From contig CAXXUK010000002.1 in assembly GCA_963665125.2 (NCBI GenBank), positions 128,001 through 192,000 on the forward strand: DNA of 64,000 bases, written 5' to 3'. This DNA comes from an uncultured Desulfarculus sp. GTDB lineage: Bacteria; Desulfobacterota; Desulfarculia; Desulfarculales; Desulfarculaceae. The notes under the pieces are model-generated. The model saw nothing but the letters and a program-made list of their open reading frames with translations. It searched no databases and was not told where the DNA came from. Made by a program: the position numbers and the translations under genes. Every line of letters begins with the position of its first letter. Positions within the stretch are counted from its first letter, which is position 1. Below are positions 1-8,519 of this stretch, one piece after another.

Positions 1-84
1 CACTAGTTGTTCTGGCTTGCTGAAAATAGGGTCTGCTGTGTCTTTGAAATGGATATCACTTATGTGCACAAACAATGCTTGCAC
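1..84 (-). CDS. Calcineurin-like metallophosphoesterase, N-terminus only (runs off left edge)
   Basis: Not in the ORF track. GTG start at 84 after an AAGGGGG RBS. Translates MQALFVHISDIHFKDTADPIFSKPEQLV, containing metallophosphoesterase motif I (hhHhSDhH). Confidence 0.75.
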   Translation of the reverse strand, partial: MQALFVHISDIHFKDTADPIFSKPEQLV

Positions 85-415
85 TGAATCCCCCTTTGCA
101 TAAGATAAACTTAAGATATGCTAGATAAAATCTAGCGATAATAGGTGATTTTACAATATTTGTTTGCAAATGTGCTAAAAAATTATGGTAGTTTTAAAAT
201 CTGGTCAGCATTCAGAGATATAATCAATAGTTACAGCACATTGATTACTAGGATGCCCATAGGTATTAATATGTTACCACTGTTCCCATGTTCCCAAGCC
301 TAGATACAATCATGATAGACAAATACATAATTTGGGAGAGATTATATCGAAAAGCAAGGGCATTATAAAATGGTTTGATGTTGGACAACCGTGTATTTTA
401 TGGCGGAATAAGTAG

Positions 416-1773
416 TCACGATACTATTTTAAATCTAATAAAATGTTCATCAATAACCTGCAAAAAATCATCTTTAATACTATTCTTCAGCGGTTTTTGT
501 TTTTTGAACTTAACAATAGTTTCCTCGTCAGCTATTGACTCTATTTCAACATCATCAGGCTTTAAAGTTGTTTGGTCATCAACGGAAGGTTTGTCCCACT
601 CAACGAGATTATCACAAACAAACAGCAAGTAAGATAATGGAGGAATATTATATGGAGTGAATTTACGATTTCCCCACAAATCAGCTAGTTGAAAACGTAA
701 AGTATTGTGCAGGTATATGGCTAATGCTGAATCCATTAAATCATAATATAAGTTTGCTCTATGCCAAGAAATGCCTGATAAATGATGATAATTTACTGAT
801 TCGTATTCCTTATCAATTTGGTCCCTAGCTTGCTTATAGATATGGTACATTTTACTTAATAGTAGGAATGATCCAATTTTGCCATGATCGAAAGATTTTG
901 GTTTGCCTATTTGAAATGATTCGCTTAAAGTCTCACAAAGATCTCTATATATGTTTCTGCCTTCACATGGTTTAGACATAGTCCTACCCATTAAAATAGA
1001 AAATCTATGAATAATATTAGTGTCGTTTTATTTATAGCACGGTGAGTCGTTTTGCGGCTGCTTGATTCATAATAGTAGGGATACAGATCACTATTAATAT
1101 CATAGTCACTATTTTTAATACGAGGAAGTATTTTTATATTTTTATGTCTAAAAACAATCTCTCTAATCTGATTCTGCCTATCTTTTAATAACTTATCCAT
1201 ATCAATGGTACAACTAGGCAAAGAGAAAACATTAAAGATTTCAGAACCTACGGGGTAAATGTCTACAATTTTATCATCTGTAGTGTTAGCAATAAGTTCA
1301 TAACCATAACCAGCATCATGAAAAAGACAAGCGTAAAGCCAACGGAAAACAAATACGCCATATCTTCGTTTAATGTCCTCCTCGCTTATGGATTGCTCAT
1401 TTACTATTTTTTCTCCAGGATAAATGCTCAATAATCTAGCAAGGCTTGGGTGATCCTCATATAAACATAAGCCTAACAAGAAAACATTTACCGAATGGAC
1501 TAGGTGCTTTCTGTGGCTATGATCCTGTAGCTTTCCTAAAATTTCTTCTTCCTCGTTTAAATTCGATAGTGCCCTTGCTACCATTAACTGTTTGTTGTTT
1601 TTTGATGTTATTTCCTTGATGAAGTTCAAACATTTATTGTTTGGATCTGACAGATATCCTGTTAGTGAATCAATTTCTTTATATAAATATACATTTGCAA
1701 ATTCGCTTTCTTTCAAAGTGCTGTAAAAATAATCATATCCTCCTTCAAAATGAGTTCCGTGATCATCAGGCAT
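416..1773 (-). pseudogene. HD-domain metal-dependent phosphohydrolase split by a single frameshift (ORFs 991..1773 and 416..991)
   Basis: The upstream ORF has HLVHSVNVFLLG and WLYACLFHDAGY. The downstream ORF has DHG, AIYLH and LLFVCDNLVEW, which complete one HD domain. Adding one base to the T4 run at 1026-1029 fuses them into about 452 aa. AT-rich. Confidence 0.65.
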
Positions 1774-2045
1774 TAGTACGAACCTTGGCTTAGTGGTAGT
1801 TAAAATATCTATTGATAAATTTCATATGCTGTTGATTTTAGTCATACATATTATATCTCTGCGTAATAGAATAAAATAGGCTAATCGGGAATATTTTTAT
1901 CGCATATCTGAGAGCATATTAGCTTATATCGAATAGCGATATACCCCCGTAGGGGTTACTCACCTCTACGAAGCTAACACCAGATGAGCGTCATATTAAG
2001 GTATACTCTGGCAAGAATCAATTGGATAGCCAGATTCTTTATTAC

Positions 2046-3266
2046 CTATTTAGCAACAGCAACCTGTCCATTGCCTTCACTGGCATTCAACCGATCAAGG
2101 ATATCAACAGTACCCTTCAATGTATTGTCGGCAAGGTGAGCATAGCGTTCCGTCATGGTGATGGTGCAGTGGCCCATGAGTTCCTTGACCGTGTAAAGGC
2201 TGACCCCATTCTCAACGAGTCTGCTGGCGTAGGTGTGCCGCAGAGTGTGGAAAACAACCTTCTGCCTGGGATCATCAATACCATCATTCAGACCCAACGA
2301 CTTGACCGAAGCCAAGAACCGCTTGGATATGGCCTTGATCTTGGCACTTTGGGTACCTGGGAACACGGGAACGTTAGGCTCTTGCCATTCCATTGAAAAC
2401 AGCATGTCCGCCGTCCTGGTGGTCAAATAGGCTGTCCTGTTCCTGTTGTTCTTGGTGTCTCTCAAAGTGAGTGTCTTCCTGTTTAGGTCGATATCACCCC
2501 AGGTCAGATTGAATATCTCGCCACGCCTCAGCCCACAATCCAGACTCAATAGGGCCATCTGATAAACACGCTGTTCTCTGGCTTCAAGCTCTTGCAAAAG
2601 GTTCTTGGCTTCATCCGTACTCAGGAATCTGATCCGTCTGTTGTCCTGCTTTGGGAACTGCACTTGAGCGGTGGGGTTGTCTCCATCAAACATGCTGTTC
2701 TTGATGCAGTGGTTGAAGACCTGCCTGACCACGGCAAACGCATATCGAACCGAAGCTGCCGATCTGTCTTCCTTGAACATGGTGCGCTTGATTTTCTCAA
2801 GGTGTAGGGGCCTAACGTCAACCAGAGGAAGCTTGCCTATCACTGGCTTGATCCATAGACGGTATAGAGCGTCTTCCCGCTTGAACGACCTCGCAGACTT
2901 GTTGGCCTTGGCTTGATGCTTGTAGACCTCCCAGGCTTCACCAAAGGTCATCCTGATCCGCTGCTGACGTTCTTCCTCTACTCTGGCTTCCGCTTCCTTC
3001 TGCTGCTGGATTTGCTTCTTCTTGGCGAGCGTCCTGGGGCCTTCACCCGTAGCCCTGGCAGTTGTCAGCTTGGCCCGCTCCTGGTTTGCCTTGTCCGCCG
3101 TCCACCCCTCAGACAACCAGCCTAAGCCTTCTTCCTTGAGCTTGCCGTCCAGCCTGTACCTGACGGAGAAGTAACGATCCGGCTTGCCATTGCACTTGGG
3201 CCGCTTGTCACTCTCATAGAATCTGACACCTGGGAACTTGGTTGGATGCTTCTTCAACTTGGCCAT
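2046..3266 (-). CDS. Tyrosine recombinase/phage-type integrase (left element)
   Basis: Catalytic motifs GLRRGE, HTLRH, MGH and ERY. ATG at 3266 with a GGAG RBS. Adjacent to the tRNA. Confidence 0.93.
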   Translation of the reverse strand: MAKLKKHPTKFPGVRFYESDKRPKCNGKPDRYFSVRYRLDGKLKEEGLGWLSEGWTADKANQERAKLTTARATGEGPRTLAKKKQIQQQKEAEARVEEERQQRIRMTFGEAWEVYKHQAKANKSARSFKREDALYRLWIKPVIGKLPLVDVRPLHLEKIKRTMFKEDRSAASVRYAFAVVRQVFNHCIKNSMFDGDNPTAQVQFPKQDNRRIRFLSTDEAKNLLQELEAREQRVYQMALLSLDCGLRRGEIFNLTWGDIDLNRKTLTLRDTKNNRNRTAYLTTRTADMLFSMEWQEPNVPVFPGTQSAKIKAISKRFLASVKSLGLNDGIDDPRQKVVFHTLRHTYASRLVENGVSLYTVKELMGHCTITMTERYAHLADNTLKGTVDILDRLNASEGNGQVAVAK

Positions 3267-3297
3267 TTTAAGCAACTCCGTGGCTCATAAAACATTC

Positions 3298-3319
3298 TGT
3301 ACCCCACATGTACCCCACA
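3298..3319. repeat. Tandem 11-bp direct repeat (TGTACCCCACA)x2, probable integrase arm-binding sites
   Basis: Perfect tandem repeat between the integrase start and the tRNA, followed by a degenerate third copy (TTAGCCCACA). Confidence 0.6.
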
Positions 3320-3402
3320 TTTAGCCCACAAAACGGGGGTGTGTCAATATCTAATTAAAAACGCTAAAAACATAACATAGCAATATCGCTAGATTTTGCC
3401 GT

Positions 3403-3500
3403 GGAAGTGGAAAGGTCACTGGTGGGCCTCCCGGACTTCAAATCCGGTGTGCCGTCTGAGTAAGGCGGCAGGTGGGTTCGATTCCCATGCACTTCCGCCA
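3403..3500 (+). tRNA. selC: tRNA-Sec (anticodon UCA)
   Basis: GGAAG...CTTCC GCCA ends, anticodon loop CTTCAAA, long variable arm TGCCGTCT/AGGCGGCA, T-arm GTGGG TTCGATT CCCAT. 98 nt. Confidence 0.95.
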
Positions 3501-3510
3501 AAGTGATAAC

Positions 3511-3546
3511 AAGGGGTTAGGGCCTTCGCCCTGGCCCTTCTTTTTT
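3511..3546 (+). terminator. Rho-independent terminator after selC
   Basis: Hairpin AAGGGGTTAGGGC-CTTC-GCCCTGGCCCTT followed by a T6 run. Confidence 0.7.
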
Positions 3547-3564
3547 GCGCTGTGGGTCGCTGGA

Positions 3565-4632
3565 TCATAAAGTGTGCCCGTTTTTGTGCCCGTTGTGTGC
3601 CGGATCGGCCTCGCCGCTACGGCGGTGGTAGCTGTCGATCTTGGCGGCGGCTTCCAAGAGGTCCTGGGGGCTCACGATGTTGTAGCGCTCAAACACCGCC
3701 CTGGTCTTGTGCCCCGATATGCTCATGGCCACCCGCTCAGGCACCCCGGCCCTCACCATGTTGCGGACCGCGGTCCGGCGCAGGTCGTGGAACAGCTTGC
3801 CCGCCAGGCCGGTCTTGCGGCAGGCCGTCCGCCACGCCTTTTGTAGAGACTTGATCTGGTTGCCCTGGCGGTGGAACACAAAGTGGCAGCCGAGTTGACG
3901 CCGCCGGAACTGGTCTTTCAGCAGGGAGAGGATTTCGCCGTCGGTGTAGATGGTGCGGGCCTCCTGATTTTTGCTGTTCTCAGCTTCCAGGCGCACGGTG
4001 CCATGCTCCAAATCCACCCGCTCCCAGGTCAGGTCGGTGATTTCCCGCCGTCGCCAGCCGGTCAGGTAGGCGAAGGTCACCAGGTTCTTGAGATAGTCCG
4101 GCAGGACGTCCCGCAGGGCCACAAACTCGTCATGCTCGAAAAATCCCTTGCGGGTGTTGTTCTCGGCCAGCATGGGGATGTAGGGAATAAAGCTTACCCT
4201 GGGCGGGGTGGCCCGCATGGCCAGGGTGAACATGCGCTTCAGCGCGGACAACTCCCGGTTGACGGTGGCGTTGGCGGCTCCCTCCTTCAGCCGATGGACG
4301 ATGTAGTCATTTATGGCCGGGGTTGTGATGCTTGCCACCCGCATGCCGCTGAAGAACGGTGCCAGGTGGCCGTTTACGGTCAACTGGGCCCGGTCCAGGC
4401 TCCTGCGCCGGTTGATCACGTAGTCAGTGAGGAACGCCTCGGCCAGTTCATCAAACCGCACCCGGTCGAAATACAGGCCGGGCCGCTTGCCTTCGGCAAT
4501 TTCCCCCTCCCGCTTATGGAGCAGCCTGCGGGCGTCGGCCTCCCGGTTGCTCTTGGATGACTCCCTGTACGGCTTGCCGTCGCGGTAGTATTTGATCCAG
4601 TATATGTTGCCTCTTTGGTAGATGGAGCCCAT
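3565..4632 (-). CDS. Tyrosine recombinase/phage-type integrase (right element)
   Basis: N-terminal arm-binding-like region, SAM-like core-binding domain, motifs GWRRRE, HDLRR, SGH and ERY. Ends just downstream of the tRNA 3' end. Confidence 0.93.
   Translation of the reverse strand: MGSIYQRGNIYWIKYYRDGKPYRESSKSNREADARRLLHKREGEIAEGKRPGLYFDRVRFDELAEAFLTDYVINRRRSLDRAQLTVNGHLAPFFSGMRVASITTPAINDYIVHRLKEGAANATVNRELSALKRMFTLAMRATPPRVSFIPYIPMLAENNTRKGFFEHDEFVALRDVLPDYLKNLVTFAYLTGWRRREITDLTWERVDLEHGTVRLEAENSKNQEARTIYTDGEILSLLKDQFRRRQLGCHFVFHRQGNQIKSLQKAWRTACRKTGLAGKLFHDLRRTAVRNMVRAGVPERVAMSISGHKTRAVFERYNIVSPQDLLEAAAKIDSYHRRSGEADPAHNGHKNGHTL
3573..3603. repeat. TGTGCCCGTT direct repeats (two perfect, one partial), probable arm-type sites of the right element
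   Basis: Copies at 3573, 3585 and 3596, overlapping the integrase 3' end near the tRNA. Confidence 0.55.
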
Positions 4633-4673
4633 GACGTCACCTCAACGCGTTTATCCGTCCACGCATTTCTCCG

Positions 4674-4901
4674 TTAGTAGTCGAAATTGATCTTGTTGTT
4701 CTGGATCAACTTTTCCAGGTCGCGTACATCCAGCAGTTGCCTGCGACAACCGGGAAAACGTACAAACGGGACATCACCAGCCCATATACGCTCACGCATA
4801 GTCCAGATGGATATGCCAAGATAGGCGGCTGCCTGTTTCACGCCGATCAGTCGTCCCCCGGCTCCACCATCAAGGGATGATTTACTGATTGTCTTTGCCA
4901 T
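4674..4901 (-). CDS. Excisionase-like helix-turn-helix DNA-binding protein (copy 1)
   Basis: LIGVKQAAAYLGISIWTMRERI winged-helix/Xis signature. AGGAG RBS. Directly upstream of the integrase. Confidence 0.8.
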   Translation of the reverse strand: MAKTISKSSLDGGAGGRLIGVKQAAAYLGISIWTMRERIWAGDVPFVRFPGCRRQLLDVRDLEKLIQNNKINFDY

Positions 4902-5090
4902 GATTCTCCTTTTCTCGAGGGCCGCAGGGAAACCGCCGCCCGACCGCGTCGGCCACCCGCATGCCGTCTGGAGAGCGCTCAGGAACGGCGATCATACTCA
5001 GCGCGGGCAACCGGGGGCCGGGAAGTATGCGCTCTTCTGAGAGGCCCTGAGAGCCTTGGAGCGAAAACCGGTCAGGTATGGGAATGCCCA

Positions 5091-5342
5091 TCATTCTCCC
5101 CGCTCCCTAATGCCGACGGCCTCGAATCCGCTCTCTATGATCTTCCCGCCGTAGGGTTTGCCCACCAGCACTCCGATGCCGATGCAGGTCAGGGCCACCA
5201 GGGCGGGTCCAGGGTTCTTGCCATCAAACAAGTCCAGGGCCCGCCTGACGTCCGCGTAACTGGCCTCAAATTCATACTGTTGCTCGCGGCATATGGCCTC
5301 GAACTGCTTCAGCAGCTCCTTGGCGTTGGGTTCTTGTGGCAT
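5091..5342 (-). CDS. Hypothetical protein (83 aa)
   Basis: ATG at 5342 preceded by AAGGAG. Same strand as the other element genes. Confidence 0.5.
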   Translation of the reverse strand: MPQEPNAKELLKQFEAICREQQYEFEASYADVRRALDLFDGKNPGPALVALTCIGIGVLVGKPYGGKIIESGFEAVGIRERGE

Positions 5343-5370
5343 TGGCTGCTCCTTGTCCTGGCGTAGGCCG

Positions 5371-5700
5371 CTACATGTTGCCGCAGGCTTTGCCGGATCG
5401 AAGCCACGCCCTACGCATGGCCTCGACCTCATCCGGCAGCGGGATACGCGGCGCATGAACGACCATGGGCGGGACTGTGGCCATGGCCTTCTCAAACATG
5501 CGCTTCAGGGTCAACAGTTCCTCATTAACATGGTCAGCACCAGCCCCTTGGCGGAAGCGGTGGAGGACATATCCGCGTATAACTTCGCATGAGATATCCA
5601 GCGGTTGCATGCCGTTGAAGTATGGCTCCAAGTGCTCGGCTGCAACCTGATCCGCGAGGAACACTTCAGCCAACCCCTCAAAGCTGATCTGATCAAACAC
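5371..5700 (-). CDS. Stand-alone integrase core-binding (SAM-like) domain protein, no catalytic domain
   Basis: Aligns to residues ~54-157 of the 3565..4632 integrase (FDQISFEGLAEVFLAD vs FDRVRFDELAEAFLTD; VNEELLTLKRMF vs VNRELSALKRMF). Confidence 0.7.
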   Translation of the reverse strand: MFDQISFEGLAEVFLADQVAAEHLEPYFNGMQPLDISCEVIRGYVLHRFRQGAGADHVNEELLTLKRMFEKAMATVPPMVVHAPRIPLPDEVEAMRRAWLRSGKACGNM

Positions 5701-5918
5701 GGCTTCGCTACCTGCGTTTTTCGTGGTTATGGTTGGTGCCCATTTCCCAGTCCAACTTTAATATTTCATATTGGTTACTATGGATAACATATCGAAATCA
5801 CTTTATATTTTATTATAAAATATAACTTGCTATCATAAAAGCTAATAATTTTCATTAGTTGGGAATGGTGGCCCGCGCCTCCCTTGATGATGTGGGAGGC
5901 GCGGGCCTGGTCTATGAG

Positions 5919-6170
5919 CTATCGGAGTTCGGTGTTGCTCGTCTCGTTGGTGCACCTTAGGTGTCGCGCTAGGGTATCCACGGCGTCTTGTAGACCTTGG
6001 AAATACTCCGCATCGAACCGAACTCCCTTTGCCGTGGGGAAGCAGTCGTCTCTTGCCACGGTCCATTGCCGGATGTCGATGTAGGTGTGTCCATATTCCT
6101 CAATCAGCCTCACCTTGATGTCGCTGGTGCGATTCTTGGTGAAGGTGGCGATGTCGATATCCTGGGCCAT
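5919..6170 (-). CDS. PC4/p15 (YdbC-like) single-stranded DNA-binding protein
   Basis: EYGHTYIDIRQW...PTAKGVRF matches the PC4 family signature. AGGAGG RBS. Confidence 0.8.
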   Translation of the reverse strand: MAQDIDIATFTKNRTSDIKVRLIEEYGHTYIDIRQWTVARDDCFPTAKGVRFDAEYFQGLQDAVDTLARHLRCTNETSNTELR

Positions 6171-6187
6171 AACGAATACCTCCTATA

Positions 6188-6418
6188 TCAGTCGGTTATC
6201 ATCTTGTTGTTCTGGATCAACTTCTCAAGGTCACGCACGTCAAGCATCTGCTTGCGGCAGCCTGGGAAGCGTATGAAAGGCACATCACCGGCCCATATGC
6301 GTCCTCTCATGGTCCATATGGATATGCCCAGATAATCGGCCGCTTCCTGCACGCCGAGCAGCCGCCCGCGTTCTGTCACTTGGGGAGCCTTGCTCCTGGC
6401 TTTGGTGTGTGAAGTCAT
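6188..6418 (-). CDS. Excisionase-like helix-turn-helix DNA-binding protein (copy 2)
   Basis: Near-identical core to 4674..4901 (YLGISIWTMR.RIWAGDVPF.RFPGCR.Q.LDVRDLEKLIQNNK). Confidence 0.8.
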   Translation of the reverse strand: MTSHTKARSKAPQVTERGRLLGVQEAADYLGISIWTMRGRIWAGDVPFIRFPGCRKQMLDVRDLEKLIQNNKMITD

Positions 6419-6486
6419 GATCTTTCTCCTCGGAAACCCGCCGCGAGCCCTTAAAGGGCAAAAAGAAGGCTTGGCGACGGCTTTTG

Positions 6487-8156
6487 TTAGTAATTCCAGT
6501 ATCTTTGCACCGTCCTCAGGCTGAAGCCCAGCTCCTTGGCCGCCTCGTGTTGCTTCAGGCCGCGCTGACGGGCCTTCCTCACCGCCTGTGCGGTCTTGGC
6601 CTTGCCGCGCTCACGCTTGGTGGCAAGACCGTAGAAATCCCTGGCCTCGGCCAGCCCCAAGAACTCATGGTCATAGGGCAAGGCCGGGTGAGCGTCGCAC
6701 TGGAAGGTGACGACCTCGCGGGGCTTGGTGAAGGGACGCACCCTGCCCACGGCCTGTATCACCGTGTCCAACTCCTGCTGGCGCAAGGCCAGGGGAGCGA
6801 GTTGGTGAACATTTGTGAAGCGGTGCTTGAGGTCCACAACCCCGGCCCAGCGGCGAAGCGGCTTGCCCATGGTCTTGATGCGGATGGGGACCGCGATATC
6901 TGAGGCGAGCACGTCTTGCAGGATCGAGTTCACCACCTCTTCATAGACGTAGTAGCCGGTCAGGCAGAAGGCGCAGTCGAACTCCTCGAAGCTGTTGACA
7001 CCGATGATGCCGTAATGGATCAGCGGCACCACATCAGGGTCTTGGAGAACAACATCATTAATGTCCCCGTAGAGCACCCGGCACCGGCTATGACCCATGG
7101 CCCGTAAACGACGCTGCATCGCGGCGGCGCAGAACTCAGCGAATCGCTTTTTAGCGATCAGCAGGCACCGCCTGCCTTCGCTCATGCGGCTGGCTACCAG
7201 ACAAGCGAACAAATCCAAGATTTGCTCTGAGTTCTTTAGGAAGTACATCCCCATGCCGATCCGGCTGTTGATGTTGACCCAGGTCGTGCCCTTGTGGCGG
7301 AAAACATATCCGTCGAAGGGAGAGACCAGATCAACGCCCAGGCGGTACTTGGCAAACTCCGGGTGGGTGGTGGCGCTGAAGATGATGGTGTCCATGCCTA
7401 GCTTGACCGGGGAGGCCGCAAAGACGATATCGCCGCTCTTGGCTCGTTCCCTGGAGGCCGGGTCAGACTTGCCGAACTGCTCCAGCATGGGGGCCAGGAA
7501 GTAGAACTGGTCGCCATATAACCGGTATCCTATTTGCTGGACCTTCAGGGCCAGGCCGGGCTCCATGGGAGGGAAATCCCAGCCCGGCTCCCGAAGGTCA
7601 GCGGTCGGGGCCTGGAGAAGCAAGTTCACCAGGTACCGGTGGCGACGTAATATGTCGCTACGCTTGGCCATCTACCCCATCCAGAACCCGCTGGTAGCGG
7701 ACCAAGTCATCCTTTTTGACGACCGCCTTGCGGCTCTTGGCGATGAAGCTAGCCTCATCCAGAAGCACCAAGGGCTTCTGGGCACCGGTCCATCCCAGGA
7801 GTCGGATGCAGAACATGGGGTCGCGCTCAAGATGGGCCTGTGTGCCGTAGATAACCCTCGCGTCCTCCATGGCCTTCTTGCCGTATTGATCATGCCAGAA
7901 GCAGGTGGACCGGTTTTGGCAGACTTGGTTGCATATCATCGTCTTGCCATAGAGGGCCATTCCTCGCTGCTCGAAGCCGCTAAACTTGGCATCTAGGCTT
8001 TGGCCGCAAAGGTGAGCGGGCCGGGGCTTCAGGTTGATCACCTTGATTCCAGGTGGCGGATTGATGATCCACCGCCGTTCCTCCAACACCTTTCTGGTGG
8101 GGACCATGACGAAAACTACGTCGTGGCTGTCCTCAAAAACGGCCTGTTCTATCAAG
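6487..8156 (-). pseudogene. SF2 helicase-like replication protein with C-terminal HTH; frameshifted near 7665 and 5'-truncated by IS3
   Basis: Motif Ia-like VFVMVPTR, motif II LLDEA, motif VI QAVGRVR and C-terminal HTH (QHEAAKELGFSLRTVQRY). Walker A is absent because the IS end begins at 8157. Confidence 0.6.
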
Positions 8157-8219
8157 TGATCCAGCCCAGTTTTGACGGACACGCGTTTAAGCGAGTAAAT
8201 TGCTTAACGGAGGTGTTCT

Positions 8220-8519
8220 ATGCCATCACAGAAGAGCCAGAAAAAATCCACCAGGCGGCGCTATTCGCCGGAATTCAAGATTGAGGCGCTGGGCTTGGCC
8301 GAGCAAGTGGGCGTGACTGGTGCTGCCAAGCAGCTTGGCCTGCATGAGTCCCAGGTTTACGCTTGGCGCAAGAAAGCCCGATATGAGGCAAGCCGCAGTG
8401 AGACCGAGAAGGAACTGGCGGTGGAAAACGCCCGGCTGAAGCGGCAGCTTGCCAAGCAGGCCGAGGAGATTGAAATCTTAAAAAAGGCAAGCGCGTACTT
8501 CGCGAAAAGCCTGAAGTGA
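8220..8519 (+). CDS. IS3 transposase OrfA
   Basis: YSPEFK HTH plus leucine zipper. A-AAA-AAG -1 frameshift motif at 8480-8486, whose -1 frame is open into orfB. Confidence 0.92.
   Translation: MPSQKSQKKSTRRRYSPEFKIEALGLAEQVGVTGAAKQLGLHESQVYAWRKKARYEASRSETEKELAVENARLKRQLAKQAEEIEILKKASAYFAKSLK

Larger units (their letters stand above)
3501..8156. mobile_element. Truncated integrative element (satellite/IME-like) at the selC 3' end
   Basis: Co-oriented int, xis-like x2, PC4-like and helicase-like genes. Right part missing beyond the IS3 element. Confidence 0.75.

Noticed and set aside
85..415. Possible ncRNA (retron/toxin-antitoxin) in the AT-rich gap
   Set aside because: Only short repeats (TGTTCCCA x2, CTAGATAAAATCTAG). 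No convincing structure or associated RT.
3298..3603. Short tandem repeats as CRISPR or iterons
   Set aside because: Only 2-3 copies of 10-11 bp with no spacers and no cas genes. Better explained as arm-binding sites.
4882..5094. 70-aa ORF inside the right element
   Set aside because: Low-complexity sequence overlapping the xis RBS and start. No recognisable motif.
7658..8182. ORF-track start MSVKTGLDH as the real N-terminus
   Set aside because: These codons lie inside the IS3 left inverted repeat (from 8157). The gene is truncated there.
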